From assembly GCA_013239625.1 (NCBI GenBank), contig MU054400.1:2330282-2394281 (forward strand): a stretch of 64,000 bases of DNA, written 5' to 3'. Shown piece after piece: positions 25,620 to 37,815 of this stretch; the stretch's first letter is position 1, and each line of letters opens with the position of its first letter. Source of the stretch: Lama guanicoe (lineage: Eukaryota). Position numbers and translations under genes: made by a program. Below the pieces are notes generated by a model. That model was not told the origin of the DNA. It did not search any database and saw only the letters and a program-made list of their open reading frames with translations.

Positions 25620-26907
25620 TTTGTTCTGTTTTTTTAATTTTATTTTTCATTACAATGTTAGTTTCAACTGTACAGCAAAGCAATTCAGTTGTACACATAC
25701 ATATAGTTATGTTTTCCTTTCAGATTCTTTTCCATTCATGTTATTACAAGAAATTGAATATAGTTCCCTGTGCTCTACAGTAGGTCCTTGTTGTTAATCT
25801 ATTTTGTATATAGAATAATGTGTGTCTGTTAATCCCGAACTCCTAATTTATTCCTCCCCTGCCCTTTTCCCTTTGGTAACCATAGTTTGTTTTCTATGTC
25901 TGTGAGACTGTTTTTGGTTTGTAAATAGAATCTGTATCATTTTTTTTTCCAGGTTCCACATATAAGTGATATCATATGATATTTGTCTTTCTTTGTCTGA
26001 CTGACTTCACTTGGTAGAATAATCTCTAGGTCCATCCATGTTGGTGCAAATGGCATTATTTCATTTTTTTTTCTTTACGATTGAGTCATATTCTGTTGTG
26101 GATATGTGTCACAACTTCTTTATCCAGTCATCTGTTGATGGACATTTAGGTTACTTCCATGTCTTGGCTTTTATAAATAGTGCTGCTATGAACTTGTGGT
26201 GCATGTATCTTTTTAAATTAGAGATCTGTCTTTTCCAGATATATGCCCAGGAGTGGGATTGTAGGATCATATGGTAATTCTGTTTTTAGTTTTTTAAGGA
26301 ACTTCCATACTCTTCTCCATGTGGCTGCACCAATTTACATTCCCCACCAATAGTGTAGGAGGGTTCCCTTTTCTCCACACCCTCTCCAGCATTTTTTATT
26401 TGTAGACTCTTTGATGATGGCCATTCTGATCAGTGTGAGGTGATACCTCATGGTGGTTTTAATTTACATTTCTCTAATAATTTGCCATATTGAGCATCTT
26501 TTCATGTGCCTTTTGGCCATCTGGATGTCTTCTTCAGAGAAATGTCTGCTTAGGTCTTCTGCCCATTTTTTGATTGGGTTGTTTGTTGTTTTGATATTGA
26601 ACTGTATAATCTGTTTGTATATTTTGGAAATTAATCCCTTGTTGGTTGTATCGGTTACAAATATCTTCTCCCATTCTGTAGGTTGTCTTTTTTGTTTTGT
26701 TTGTGGTTTCCTTTGCTGTAGAAAAGCTTTTAAGTTTAATTAGGTCCCATTTGGAATTATTTTTGCCTTTGTTTCCATTACTCTAGGAGACAGATCCAAA
26801 AAGATAACTGCTCCAATTTATGCCAAAGAGTGTCCTGCCTATGTTTTCCTCTAGGAGTTTTAGAGTATCTGGTCTTAGATTTAGGTCTTTAATCCATCTG
26901 AGTTTAT
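25620..26907 (-). mobile_element. L1 3' region, 5'-truncated (artiodactyl-type)
   Basis: 'tacaatgttagtttcaactgtacagcaaagcaattcagtt' 3' UTR through antisense ORF2 'cctatgttttcctctaggagtttt...aggtctttaatccat'. Confidence 0.95.
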
Positions 26908-27440
26908 ACATTTTGTTGTTGTTGTTGTTAAACACTCCTTATCTTTAAAAGAGTGCTTCTGGTGAGAGCAAAGTTGAAGGTGGGCAAAGGAAGCATTGCC
27001 CTGAACAGCACAGCTACACAATGAGTGCTGCCTGGCTGGTCAGCAGGGACAGAACAACAGGAATCAGGCCTCCAGCACCCAGGCTGCTCTTGACTTCATA
27101 GTGGTGACCAAGTCAAGCTTACGTTCTGAAAGTGGCTTCATAACAGTCCAGCCCACGTCTGGAGAGCAAGCAAAGATGTGCGTACACATCATGCCATTTC
27201 ACACTAGTGAATCTTACTTATGGAGAATTTGTGTCTAATACTTTTCCTGTTTCTTGAAAGTCCCAAAGACTGAACTTCTAATAGGCAACTCTAAGTAAGA
27301 AACATGTTTACATCACAGAAGCCTCTACCGTTGGGAGGAGAAATACTGTTTTTGGCAGTGTAACCTGGGAGACAGAATCCTCCACCTGGAACAAAACAAG
27401 CCTTCCCTTTATGATGCTCCCTTTTTCAGGTCCACTGAGT

Positions 27441-27661
27441 TAGGTGTTGCAAACAGGCCAAATTTGGCTCACACATGGGTTTTGTTGGGCACACGTGATT
27501 TTTAGGCAGGTTTTCAACTTGAGCAAGTTTAGACAAAGCATTCACTTTCCACTTTGGCACAATTGCCGACACTCCCTGATTGTCTTACACATAACTTGCC
27601 GGTTCCCATGAATTTATGTGACTTGCCTGGCTCCTAAATGTGTTTAGCTTGCAGCCCTTGA
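27441..27661. mobile_element. hAT-Charlie MITE (MER102-like)
   Basis: Termini 'taggtgttgcaaac' and 'gcttgcagcccttg' form degenerate inverted repeats; internal 'acttgcctggctcct'. Confidence 0.5.
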
Positions 27662-27951
27662 TAAATGGTTCCCTGACCACAGTCAGAGACTTTGCCTCAA
27701 CACAGAAAACAGGTTGCGTGTGTGTGTTTTTTTTTAAGCTTTTGCTGTTTCCTACACGTGGGTCAGGGAATCCTTTCATCACATTTCACACATTCTGGAT
27801 ATTGGAGGGATCTGGAATGCTGCCACCAATGCAGATTGCACTGTAGACAGCAGGAAATGGACTTTCCTCTCCTCAGCTTCTTCTAAAACCTGAGAAATGA
27901 GTTTTGGTTTGTATGTCACACCCAAGTTATTCTTAATTTTGAGGCTGGACC

Positions 27952-28441
27952 TGAGCTATCCAATACAGTAGCTGGGAGCCACAGGTGGTTATGGAGCACT
28001 TAAATGTGGCTAGTCTGAATTGAGATGTGCTGTGGGCACAAAATACACACTGGGTTTCAAACAGTACAAAAATTATGTAAGATAATATCTCATTCATATC
28101 TTTTTATATTAATATTTTTAAGTGATAACATTTTTAAATATTTCATTTATTTATTATTGTATGATTTTTATTTTGGCAGGGGGGAGGTAATTAGGCTTAT
28201 TTATCTTTAGAGGAGGTACTGGGGATTGAACCCAGGACCTCGTACATGCTAAGCATATGCTCTGCCACTTGAGCTATACCCTCCCTCTGCTAAAGTGATA
28301 ACATTTTTGAGATACTGGGTTAAATGAAATATTTTATTGAAATTAATTTCACCTGTTTCTTTTTATCTTTTTAAATGTGGTTACTAGCAAATTTTAAATT
28401 ATAAACATGGCTCACCTTGCATTTTTATCGGGCAGCACTAG
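27952..28441. mobile_element. MER33/MER3-type hAT-Charlie element interrupted by a SINE
   Basis: 'tccaatacagtagc..agccac..gtggttatggagcacttaaatgtggctagtctgaattgagatgtgctgt...ggcagcacta'. Confidence 0.88.
28136..28290 (-). mobile_element. tRNA-derived camelid SINE (vic-1 type), second copy
   Basis: Near-identical to 24887-25049; perfect 16-bp TSD aagtgataacattttt at 28120-28135 and 28293-28308. Confidence 0.93.
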
Positions 28442-28789
28442 ACTAGAAGTTAAGCAAGGTGAATTCTTAACCACATCAGGTTTATTAAATTCATGATACC
28501 ATATGTTGAGTTTATTTATAACCCTTCTATAAAACCCGTTATGAACAACTATTTTCCTTTTCCACAGAGCCTTTCTGGAGTGTGGTGTTGAGCTGAGGGG
28601 CTGTGCTGACAGGGAACACTGTGCTAGGGAGATTTTACATTCAGGGAACAGGTGAGCACAATAGGCCAGAAGAGGCTGGGCAGGAAATTAGTTGTCACTT
28701 GGATGTGTGACATGATTTATTACCTTTGTCACTCATATTTTTCTGTCAGGCAGCTGCTGGGCTTCTTTTAATGTACTTGCTTATACATA

Positions 28790-28793
<4 letters not shown>

Positions 28794-28829
<36 letters not shown>

Positions 28830-28837
28830 CACACACA
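28794..28837 (+). repeat. (CA)n microsatellite
   Basis: Direct read. Confidence 0.97.
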
Positions 28838-30039
28838 TGCAACAGTGGACAGAGCCTCCTTTAGGGGTTCTTCTCTTGGCATATAATGAAGATTCCTTTC
28901 CAGTGGGAGGTGACCTTGGTATTCTTTTAAAACCCTAGTGGCTGTTGGAGATCATTCTTGGACTCTCTCTTGATATAGGAATTACAGGGATAAGAAAGTT
29001 ACGACATCAACATTGAGTAGTGTATGAGGAGGTAGGAGGCAGATGGTACGGTGGACAGAGACCAGAGATGGGGGCACTTTGGGTGCTGGTTCTGCCCTCC
29101 AGCCCGTGCCCTCTGAGGGTCTGCTGTTCCTGCTCTAAAAGGTGGTGCCGATACTACGTGAAAAGTTACTATGCAGATCTACAGCGACAGCAGATGCAAG
29201 TGCTTTTTAAATTCCAAGATACCCAAACTGATGTTTTTATCAGGGAATAGGAGCATTTATTCTGTAATCATAATTTCAACAAACATTTGGTTACTTACTG
29301 AGTGTGCGTCTCTGCATTGCTGAGTTTGACCTCCTATAAACTTCATTGTCAACAGAGAAGGAATCTACTGTTAACATACAGGTTTCGTTTTACTATACTT
29401 TTACCCACACTCTATGGATTAGAAATTTAATCCCGAGATTGGTAAATTTAACCTCAGTTCTGTTTGTTGCGCCCAATAAATAGATATTAAATATTTTAAA
29501 ATACTTAAAAAATATTTTAAAATTGCCTTGCTAAGAAATATGTCCTTTAATCCATGGCTCTAGAAAGGACCTTTCTCAAGGACTGGGCATAGTTCACTGA
29601 GGACTTCAGGAGCTGATGAATTTGGTTACATCTTCAAATGCTTTGGTTTGCTTCCCTCTACTCTTTTCATTCATAAGTTCTTCTCTTTTTAATAAGTGAG
29701 TTTTAGCTCTTATGATACTCTGTGCCATCAAAATAACTTTAAATTTAAAAATCACATGTCTAAAAAATTTTAAAGAAAAAAGATAGGGTTGGGGTTGGGA
29801 AATGCAGCACAGCATGTAAACTGTCTCTGAACTTACTGCAGTGTCTCTTTACCTTTGGCTTTAGCTGGCCAACTCTTTAGTTCAGTCTCTGATTCGGAGC
29901 GAAAACATAAATCTTGGTGAGAGGAAAGACGCTGGGTAATAGGGATGAGATAGAAAATAAGCCTCATTAGGAGCAAGAAGGGACACTGAACCACGGGTAA
30001 AGAGATTGGAAGGCAGAGGACAGGTAACAGGTAATCAGT

Positions 30040-30650
30040 ATCCTTAAAATATAAATAACTTACAAATAAGTGAGAATGACAATAAATTCTCAGTAGGAAA
30101 ATGGGAAAAAGTTATAAACATTCAATTCACAACATAAAGTAATACAAATGGCTAGTCAAGAGAAGACTAGTTAACATTCTAATAAATAAGTACAAATTTA
30201 AGGGAAATACCATTTTAGCTTATCTTTTTGGTCAGTAATAAAATAAGCACTAATGTCAAGTGTTGGGGAGGATGTTGGGTAAATGTTCACTCATTGGTGG
30301 TAGCATTGTAGGGATACAATCTTTCTGAAGAACACTTGGCAATATATATTAAAAACCTTAAAATACATGTATCCTTATAGTTAGAAGTCTGATTCAAGGA
30401 ATTTATCCTAGATTAGGACACAAAAATGTATGTATAAGTTTATTTCAGCTTTTATTGTAATGTCAACAACACAAAACATAAAAATCCATTAGTAAGGCAC
30501 TGGTTATATAAATGATGATATACTCAAATACTAGAATTCTATATGGTCATTAAAAATGCACTTTCATTTTCTATTTCTAGACATATAAATATATTCATGG
30601 CATATTGTTAATTGAACAAAAATGATTATGTTATAGCTCTTTTAAAAAAT
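30040..30650 (+). mobile_element. Ancient L1ME-like fragment (ORF2 end/3' UTR)
   Basis: 'gaaaatgggaaaaagttataaacattcaattcac...caagtgttggggaggatgt...aaggaatttatccta'. Confidence 0.75.
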
Positions 30651-30951
30651 ACTTACATTTATTTGGTGTACATGAAAGGAAAACTAGAGAAAAAAAAAAC
30701 AAAGAAAGGTAAGTTTTATTTGCAAAGTTTTTGCAAAGGAGTTTGGACTTTAGAATTGGCCTGCCGAATAAAAAAATAGGACAGATATTTAAAGAAAATG
30801 CCCACAAGGTTACCAAGGTTGCAGACAGCCTAATCATGGAGGGAAAATTGTTTTCTCATCCAGTTATCGTATCAGTGAGGGGTATTGTATATTTGTAGAT
30901 GTCAGCATGGCAAAAGGCAGGAATAAAGCTATTTTTGTTAGACATCAGTGG

Positions 30952-31443
30952 TGATGGAGTTCAGGACACACTATCCCAAAATATGGCACAGTGCGTATTT
31001 CAAGCTGAAAGGAGTTTGAGAAAACAGCAGAAGTAGGAAAGTCATTCTGGTCTTTCCTCCCTACCCTTCTCCCCTGAAACAGGTCATAAAATCCTCCTGT
31101 GAGAGGTGCCTTCCCTATACCTGGGGGAAAGGAGCGTCCTTATCTTGGAAGACGAAGGGATGCGAGAAGAATCCTAACCAACAGGCCTTGCTAAATTTCC
31201 CCTGGCTAGACTTACCTCATACTCCCAAACCTATCATATTCCTCCACGACCGTCCATTTTTCAGCAAACCTAGCATAAAAATACTCAGGTCTAACTGTCT
31301 CTACAGGTCTTATTTCCTTATGAAGGCTCTTATGTCACAGAAAACTTGTATGCTTTTTTCCTGTTAATCTGTCTTTGTCAGTTTAATCTTTAGACCCAGC
31401 CAAAGACTGAAAAAGGTTGAGAAAAACTTGTTTCTCCCCTACG
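30952..31443 (+). mobile_element. ERV1 solo LTR (MER39/MER34-like)
   Basis: Starts TGATGGAGTTCAGGACACACTATCCCAAAATATGGCAC and ends 'tttctcccctac'. Confidence 0.85.
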
Positions 31444-31849
31444 GCAGCACACAGGAAAGGGATACAAAGTTCATCTGTTTAGGGGACTATTGCTAGATAG
31501 TGATTCTGTATTTTCACTTGTTTTGGAGGTCAAAGTGCTTCCTACCCGCTCCTCCCGCAACTCATAACAGCAGTAGGGAAATGCTACTTTGCTTTCTCGC
31601 ACAGAAAAAAGTGTGGAAAAATACACATCACAAGGTTAAATAAGTTACCTCTAACAGGTAGGATTACAGATAATTGTAATTCACATTTTTGTCTTTTGTG
31701 CTTGCCTGTACTTTCCTATTTTTTCTGTCATAATATTATTGCTTGTGTAAAAACATTCTGATTATAAAAGCAATACATTCTGCTAAAAGTATGTAGTCTC
31801 TTAAAAATATATTTTAACAAAGACTGTACATGTAAATAGATATATAAAA

Positions 31850-32285
31850 TACTGATAAGAGTATTGAAACGGTCTATAAACTAACCATCAGAAGTATCAT
31901 TTTGGTGTATTTGCTATGTCTGGTATATTTTCTTCCAGTTTTCTTTCCCTTGTTTGTTTTATTCTATAATCTGCTTCTTTCCTCTTAGTAAATGTAGTGC
32001 ATGCATGTTCCACTACTACTACATTTTTCTCATAAACTTTTGACGGCTTCATGAAATTCTATATACCACATTTATTAACTACCTTTGGACATTTGGGTTA
32101 TTTCCAATCTGTGCTATTGGAACTATTAAATAATTTTAGTTCATAATGAGCATCTTTATTACATAAATCTTTGTATGAGCTTCAGATTATTTCCTTAGCT
32201 CCTTGGGATTAGAATTACAAAACAAAAGATGAGAATTTTTTGAGACTATTTACACATGTTGCAAATTGGTTTCTAGAAAACTGGA
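31850..32285 (-). mobile_element. Ancient L1ME-like fragment
   Basis: 'tggacatttgggttatttccaat...gattatttccttag...gcaaattggtttctagaaa'. Confidence 0.65.
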
Positions 32286-32288
32286 CAC

Positions 32289-32722
32289 TGAGGGCTGAAA
32301 CTAACTACCCCCCATACAGTTTACAGCCTCCATTAACATGACTTTGCCTTCCACTGTTCTCATTTGGCATGATTTTTCTCTTCCAAGAGACTAGCTCAGG
32401 CAAACGAGTTGTTTGTTCATTACAGGAACTTCCTGAAAGACCCATCAACTCTTTAACGGAAAGCACCCTCACATTCTTTGAATCCTTGCTTCAAAATGCT
32501 CATCTTGCTGTTCCCACTAATGCTGGACTGTTGCATCTTGATTCTCACTCAGTGTTAATCAAGCCCCCCCAGCCCTGCTGCCCCAAACTTTAAACTTCTG
32601 ATTTTCGGTAAATCCCAACTTTGCCATCCCCTGCCCTAGACGCAAAGTGGTGCAGGCTGGTGTCCTCCCTTACCTCAGCAGGCAGTTAATTCAGCTTTGT
32701 CTCAGCGATTTATATTGGTATC
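32289..32722 (+). mobile_element. Probable ERV LTR
   Basis: TG...CA bounded block interrupting L1-like sequence, with LTR-like 3' 'aattcagctttgtc...ttggtatca'. Confidence 0.45.
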
Positions 32723-33099
32723 AGTCTATACATTTTTCAGAGTATAAAAGCCCAGGTTGGGAAATCAGGTTTGCAGCAACATAGCCAAAGGATGATGCAA
32801 TCAGATGTTAACCTAATCAAGCAGGCAGCTCTGTCAGTGGAAGACTAATCAGGTGTGTTTTACTAAGTGTACAGAAGGCTCACTGGTAAGAACACTGTGT
32901 GTCCTTTTTACCAGGAACCTTCTGGTTTACGCCTGTTGTCCTGGTAAAATTATTAATGGCAGCTCTTTAACTTTTAGAAGTGTCCTGTTTTAGGGTATGC
33001 ATTCCAAGGAGTTCTTTATGTCAAGCAGGAACTATTCATCAGACTTCATTCTGACTCTATTCTAGTCCTCCATAATATTACCAATAATATTTTATTACT

Positions 33100-33257
33100 A
33101 GTAAATATAGCTCTCAGTTATTAATTACCTGTAAGGGACTGCCCTGGGCTATAGGCTTCATGTGTATTTTTGATCTCATGTAATTATCACAAAGGTCCTG
33201 TGAGTTAAAACTATTATTACCACCATTTTACAGATCTATACCACCATTTTACAGATC
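33100..33257 (-). mobile_element. MIR fragment with a 21-bp tandem duplication
   Basis: 'cctgtgag....ctattattaccaccattttacagat' MIR core, with the last 21 nt duplicated. Confidence 0.75.
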
Positions 33258-33469
33258 AGAATCCCCACACACAGTCCCCAGAACTCTGTACTTTTGAAAG
33301 CTTCAGGGTAATTGCAACGCATCTGCCCATGGCTGGGCACTCAGGAACCATTGTACTCATTGATGCAGGAGAGGTGATGATAGATGACACAGACATCCTG
33401 TCCACTAGGGACTTGGAGCTACCGAGGGTGTTAGACAAGGACATAAATGCCCGATAAAGGTATATCAAA

Positions 33470-33840
33470 TGATAAAAACTAAAATAATTTTGTAATGAGT
33501 TTGATGTCCTTCATTCAAGGGGAAACAATTATTGGGGGAAGTTCAGTGCCTCACAAACAGTGGAGCACCCTTCCTGAGGCAAGGGTGAGTTTTATACAGT
33601 GTTAGAAGAGGCAGTGGGAAACGGGGCATGATTGTCTAGGAGGCTGGGATCTCCTTAGGAGGTGAGCATGTCCTAGTCTTTAGGATAAGGTGAGCTAGTG
33701 GGTTGGAGGATTGTGACCAGTGTGTGTTAGGTCTCCTTCACAGTGTTTCCTGTAGGTGCAGACTGACGTAGGTTTAGATTTGCAATGTCAGCTGGGCCGC
33801 CTCCATTTTGTCGGTCCCTAAATACGAATTAACTTTATCA
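33470..33840 (-). mobile_element. Probable ERV LTR inserted in an L2-like remnant
   Basis: Block bounded by tgataaa...tttatca inverted termini; minus strand has 'caaaatggaggcgg' near its start and TATAAAA internally. Confidence 0.5.
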
Positions 33841-34612
33841 GATATAAACTGCTGTGAAATCGACTCAAAGTACAGCTGTGGTGTCTAAGAGTTGTACTAT
33901 TTGCATGGAGATGGAAGGCAGAAATTTCTGACATTTGGAATGGAGAAGACTTTGGCTATTAACTTCTTGTTTGATTTTTAAAACTTTTATTACATCATAG
34001 CCCTACAGAAGATTCTTGGTAAAAGGAAAATTATTTTAAAACATTCCAATCCAAATCTGCTTTGATTTGTATCTCTTATGGTAGAGGATGGTTTTCATGT
34101 GTCCTTGGGAGGAAAGAATTCAAAAATTGGACCTTAATGGAGCTTGGTTTATGGAGAGAAGAGAGAGTGGGTACAGTGAATGAAGTGTTTGTGTGGATAG
34201 TAATGAAATAGTTACCTATAGGAGCATGCTGTTTATACGTGTTCTTCCACAATTTCCTTGGTACTTGAAAGGAAAAATGTTGCCATGGAAACAGTGTTAC
34301 AAACAAGGCAGAATTGCATACAGATGAATCACAACATCATATGGAAGATAAAAAGCAAATGTTATCCTATTAGGGCTGGCTTTATAAAGCTTAAAAATTA
34401 CAGCAAATATTTCAGTGAGGCTTTCTTATTGTTTCTCTCAAAGGAAATGAGGGAAGTACACAGGACGGTAGAAGCTGTGAATTATATTTATTTCCGTAGT
34501 ATTACTGCATTGGGGCACAGATCTGTTGCCTCAGCCTAACATGGTGTCCCAGGCTTTTTGACAGGGCACTGGTTGAGATGGTCTCATTCAAAGATGTAGT
34601 AGAGGAGTTCAT

Positions 34613-34637
34613 ACACACACACACACACACACACACA
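34613..34637 (+). repeat. (AC)n microsatellite
   Basis: Direct read. Confidence 0.95.
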
Positions 34638-35003
34638 AGATGAACATGACAAGATGTCCTTTTACCTGGTTGAAAGAGCCAGGTAGATAGATCACTCCCT
34701 TCAGGGTGTGAGGCAGAGAGTGAACTGACAGTGCGGTGGTTCTGGGGCACTGTGGTGAGCCTTTCTGCAGGGCAGGATTCTTGATGATTCTTTGGGGATC
34801 TCTGAGATGCCATGCGCAAGTCCCACAGTCATGTACTAATGCAATCTAAATTAACTGATTTAGGATATGATGACATATCATCTGTTGCTTTAAGTAAGCT
34901 ATGTCCTGGGACTGGGGAATGACTGTGTTATGGGCATTTTTTTTTACTTTTGGACACAAAACTGCGAGGACTGATAGGCTGCTCTTGGTTGTGAGACTTA
35001 TCT

Positions 35004-35769
35004 CAGTGATTCTCAAACTTAAGCCTGCTTCAGGATTGCCTCGAGGGCTTGTTAAAACTCAGATTGCTTGTCACTACTGGGTATATATCTGAAAAAAACA
35101 AAAACATTAATTTGAAATGATACATGCATCACAGTGTTCATAGCACCCTTATTTACAATTGCCAAGATGTGGAAGTAACTTAAGTGTCCATCAACAGATG
35201 AATGTATAAAGAAGATGTGGTATATGTATACCATGGAGTACTACTCAGCCATAAAAAGTAATGAATTTTTGCAGCACCATAGATGGACTTGGAGGGTATT
35301 AAGCTAGGTGAAGTAAGTTAGACAAAGACAAATACTGTATATTACTTATATATGGAATTTAAAAAATACAACAAACTAGTGCATATGACAAAAAAGAAAC
35401 AGACTCACAGATACAGAGAACAAACTAGTAGTTACCAATGGGGAGAGGAAAGTGGGGCAGGGACAGCACAGAGGTAGGGGATTAAAAGGTACAAAGTATT
35501 ATGTATAAAATAAACTACAAGGATCTATTGTATAATGTGGGGAATATAGCCAATATTTTATAATAACTCTAAGCAGAGTTAAAAATCAAGACTCACTATA
35601 TTGTACACCTGTTAACTTATACATATTGTACATCACCTATGCTTTAATTTAAAAAAACCCCCTCAGATTGCTGAGCGCACTCCTAGAAGTTTTGAATTGG
35701 CACTTCTAACAAGATCCCATGTGACATGCTGATGCTTTGGTGAGAGGACCACATTTTGAGAACCACTGC
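35004..35769. mobile_element. MER5A split by an L1 insertion
   Basis: Left end 'cagtgattctcaaactt...gcttgttaaaactcagattgct'; right end 'tctaacaag...gaccacattttgagaaccactg'. Confidence 0.85.
35069..35657 (+). mobile_element. 5'-truncated L1 3' end
   Basis: 'cactactgggtatatatc...tgtccatcaacagatgaatg..taaagaagatgtgg' to A tail. TSD ctcagattgct (35058-35068 / 35662-35672) at a TT/AAAA endonuclease site. Confidence 0.95.
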
Positions 35770-36039
35770 TTTACCTGAAACTCACTTGATGGAGAGTATG
35801 GGATCATTGGTCTCACGGTTTCCTTTTCCGTTCCCGCTAAGGGCGGGGCGGTAATGTGGGCAGGTCTTCAGTGGAGAAGAAGGCTAAAGCTGAGAATTCA
35901 TCGTCGGAGGTAGGTTTAGTGAAGAAGAGGTTAAGAAAAGGACTCTCTTTAATTAGTTTCGAGGCAGTGCAAGAGGGACTATTTTCTGGACTTTTCTGTA
36001 ACTGACGGAAGTTGAGAACAGAGATGTGAGAACGTGCTG

Positions 36040-36190
36040 CTCGGAATAGTTCTCCGCTGACAACATTGGCATCACAGGGAAGCTCATTAGAAATGCAAAA
36101 TTTTGGACTCTACTCCAGACCCGATGAATCAGAGTTAGTGTTTAACAAGCACCCCAGGTGATTCAGATGCAGGTTAAAGTCTGATAAGCA
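36040..36190. mobile_element. MER5-type fragment
   Basis: 'ggcatcacagggaagctcattagaaatgcaaa...tgaatcaga...tttaacaagcaccccaggtgattc'. Confidence 0.75.
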
Positions 36191-36836
36191 GGGGGTGTAA
36201 GAGACAGACAGCCAACTTGGGGCCAAGACACCTGACTGCCTTCCCGCAGCTCTCTGGCCCTTACTGGGCTTCCGAGGGGGGCAGGGGGCGGATTAGTGAC
36301 CTGCCGGTTTCCTGCCAGCTTTGGGGCACTGTAATTGAGTCACAGCCCGGCAGGTCTGGACTTGTTCTGCCATTTCAGGAGGCTTCGGAGAAGCGTGCGC
36401 CCTGGGGCGTCTGAGGCCCCGGTGCTGCTCCCCTCTGCGGCCTCCCCTGCCCTCCCCCTGAGTGCTGGCGTGAACCCCTGTGCGAGGACAGTGCTGCCAC
36501 TGCTGAGGACGTGCCCTCATTGCACACACTCGAACTCCTGGGAACCCAGTGTATACTCTCTTATGAATTAAACTGTGAGTCGTCTGGGGAAAGTGCGTCC
36601 TGTCTGAGGCACTGCCCAATAAGAAAGCCCTCGTCCTGCGTAACCTTTAGGAAAACAGCTGGGTGAGCCTCTGCACCTTGGCTCTTGGGAAGTTACATGA
36701 TCACGGTATGTTCTTACCTTCCATGGAGAAAATATCCCCCCAACTAGCAAATGCTGCCTTTAGGGAATCTGAAGTTTCCTGCCATATCAAAACGTTAAAA
36801 ATAAAACCATGTGCATTTTAAGATTTGAAACATGAG

Positions 36837-37088
36837 ATTTTTTTTTAACATTTTAAAATTGAGTTATAGTCATTTTAGAATGTTGTGTCAAATTCCAGTG
36901 TAGAGCACAGTTTTTCAGTTATACATGAACATGCATATATTCATTGTCACATTTTCTTTGCTGTGAGCTACCACAAGATCTTGTACATATTTCCCTGTGC
37001 TATACAGTGTAATCTTGTTTATCTATTCTACATATGCCTATCAGTATCTACAAATTTTAAACTCCCAGTCTATCCCTTCCCACCCCCC
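36837..37088 (-). mobile_element. Short young L1 3' UTR insertion
   Basis: T tract then L1 3' UTR 'atatttccctgtgctatacag...cttgtttatctatt'; TSD tgaaacatgag (36826-36836 / 37089-37099). Confidence 0.9.
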
Positions 37089-37246
37089 TGAAACATGAGT
37101 TAATTAATATACAATGGGTGGGAAAGAAGTCTGGTGGCCCAAATTAATAAACAGGATTTCATAAGAGAATGTTTAATCTGTTTGATAGGATAAACTGTTT
37201 ATATACACTTCAGACACACCAGTTTTCATATAAAGCATATTTCCTT

Positions 37247-37815
37247 TTTTTAATTTTAATTTTTTATTGAATTATAGTTGATTCACGATGTTTCAGGTGT
37301 ACAGCAAAGTGATTCAGTTATACATAGTTATCTAACCTTTTTCAGATTCTTTTCCATGATAGGTTATTACAACATAGTGAATATAGTTCCCTGTGCTATA
37401 CAGTAGGTCCTTATTTATCTATTTTATATATAGTAGTGTGTATCTGTTAACCCAAAATTCCATCTTTATCCCTCCCTCCACTTTCCCCTTCAGTAACCAT
37501 ATGTTTGTTTTCTACGTCAAGTGAGTCTGTTTCTGTTTTGTAAATAAGTTCCTTTGTATCTTTTCTTTTTGTTTTTAGATTTCACATATAAGTGATATCA
37601 TGATGCTTGTCTTTCTCTGACTGTCTTACTTCACTTAATATGATCATCTCTAGGTCCATCCATGTTGCTGCAAATGGCATTATTTCGTTCTTTCTTATGG
37701 CTGAATCATAACCCATTTTATGTATATATATCACATCTACTTTATCCAGTCATCTGTTGATGGACACTTGGGTTGCTTCCACATGTTAGCTATTGTAAAT
37801 AGTGCTGCTGTGAAC
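37247..37815 (-). mobile_element. 5'-truncated L1 3' end
   Basis: 'ttattgaattatagttgatt...tttcaggtgtacagcaaagtgattcagtt'; 16-bp TSD taaagcatatttyctt (37231-37246 / 37816-37831, one mismatch). Confidence 0.95.
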
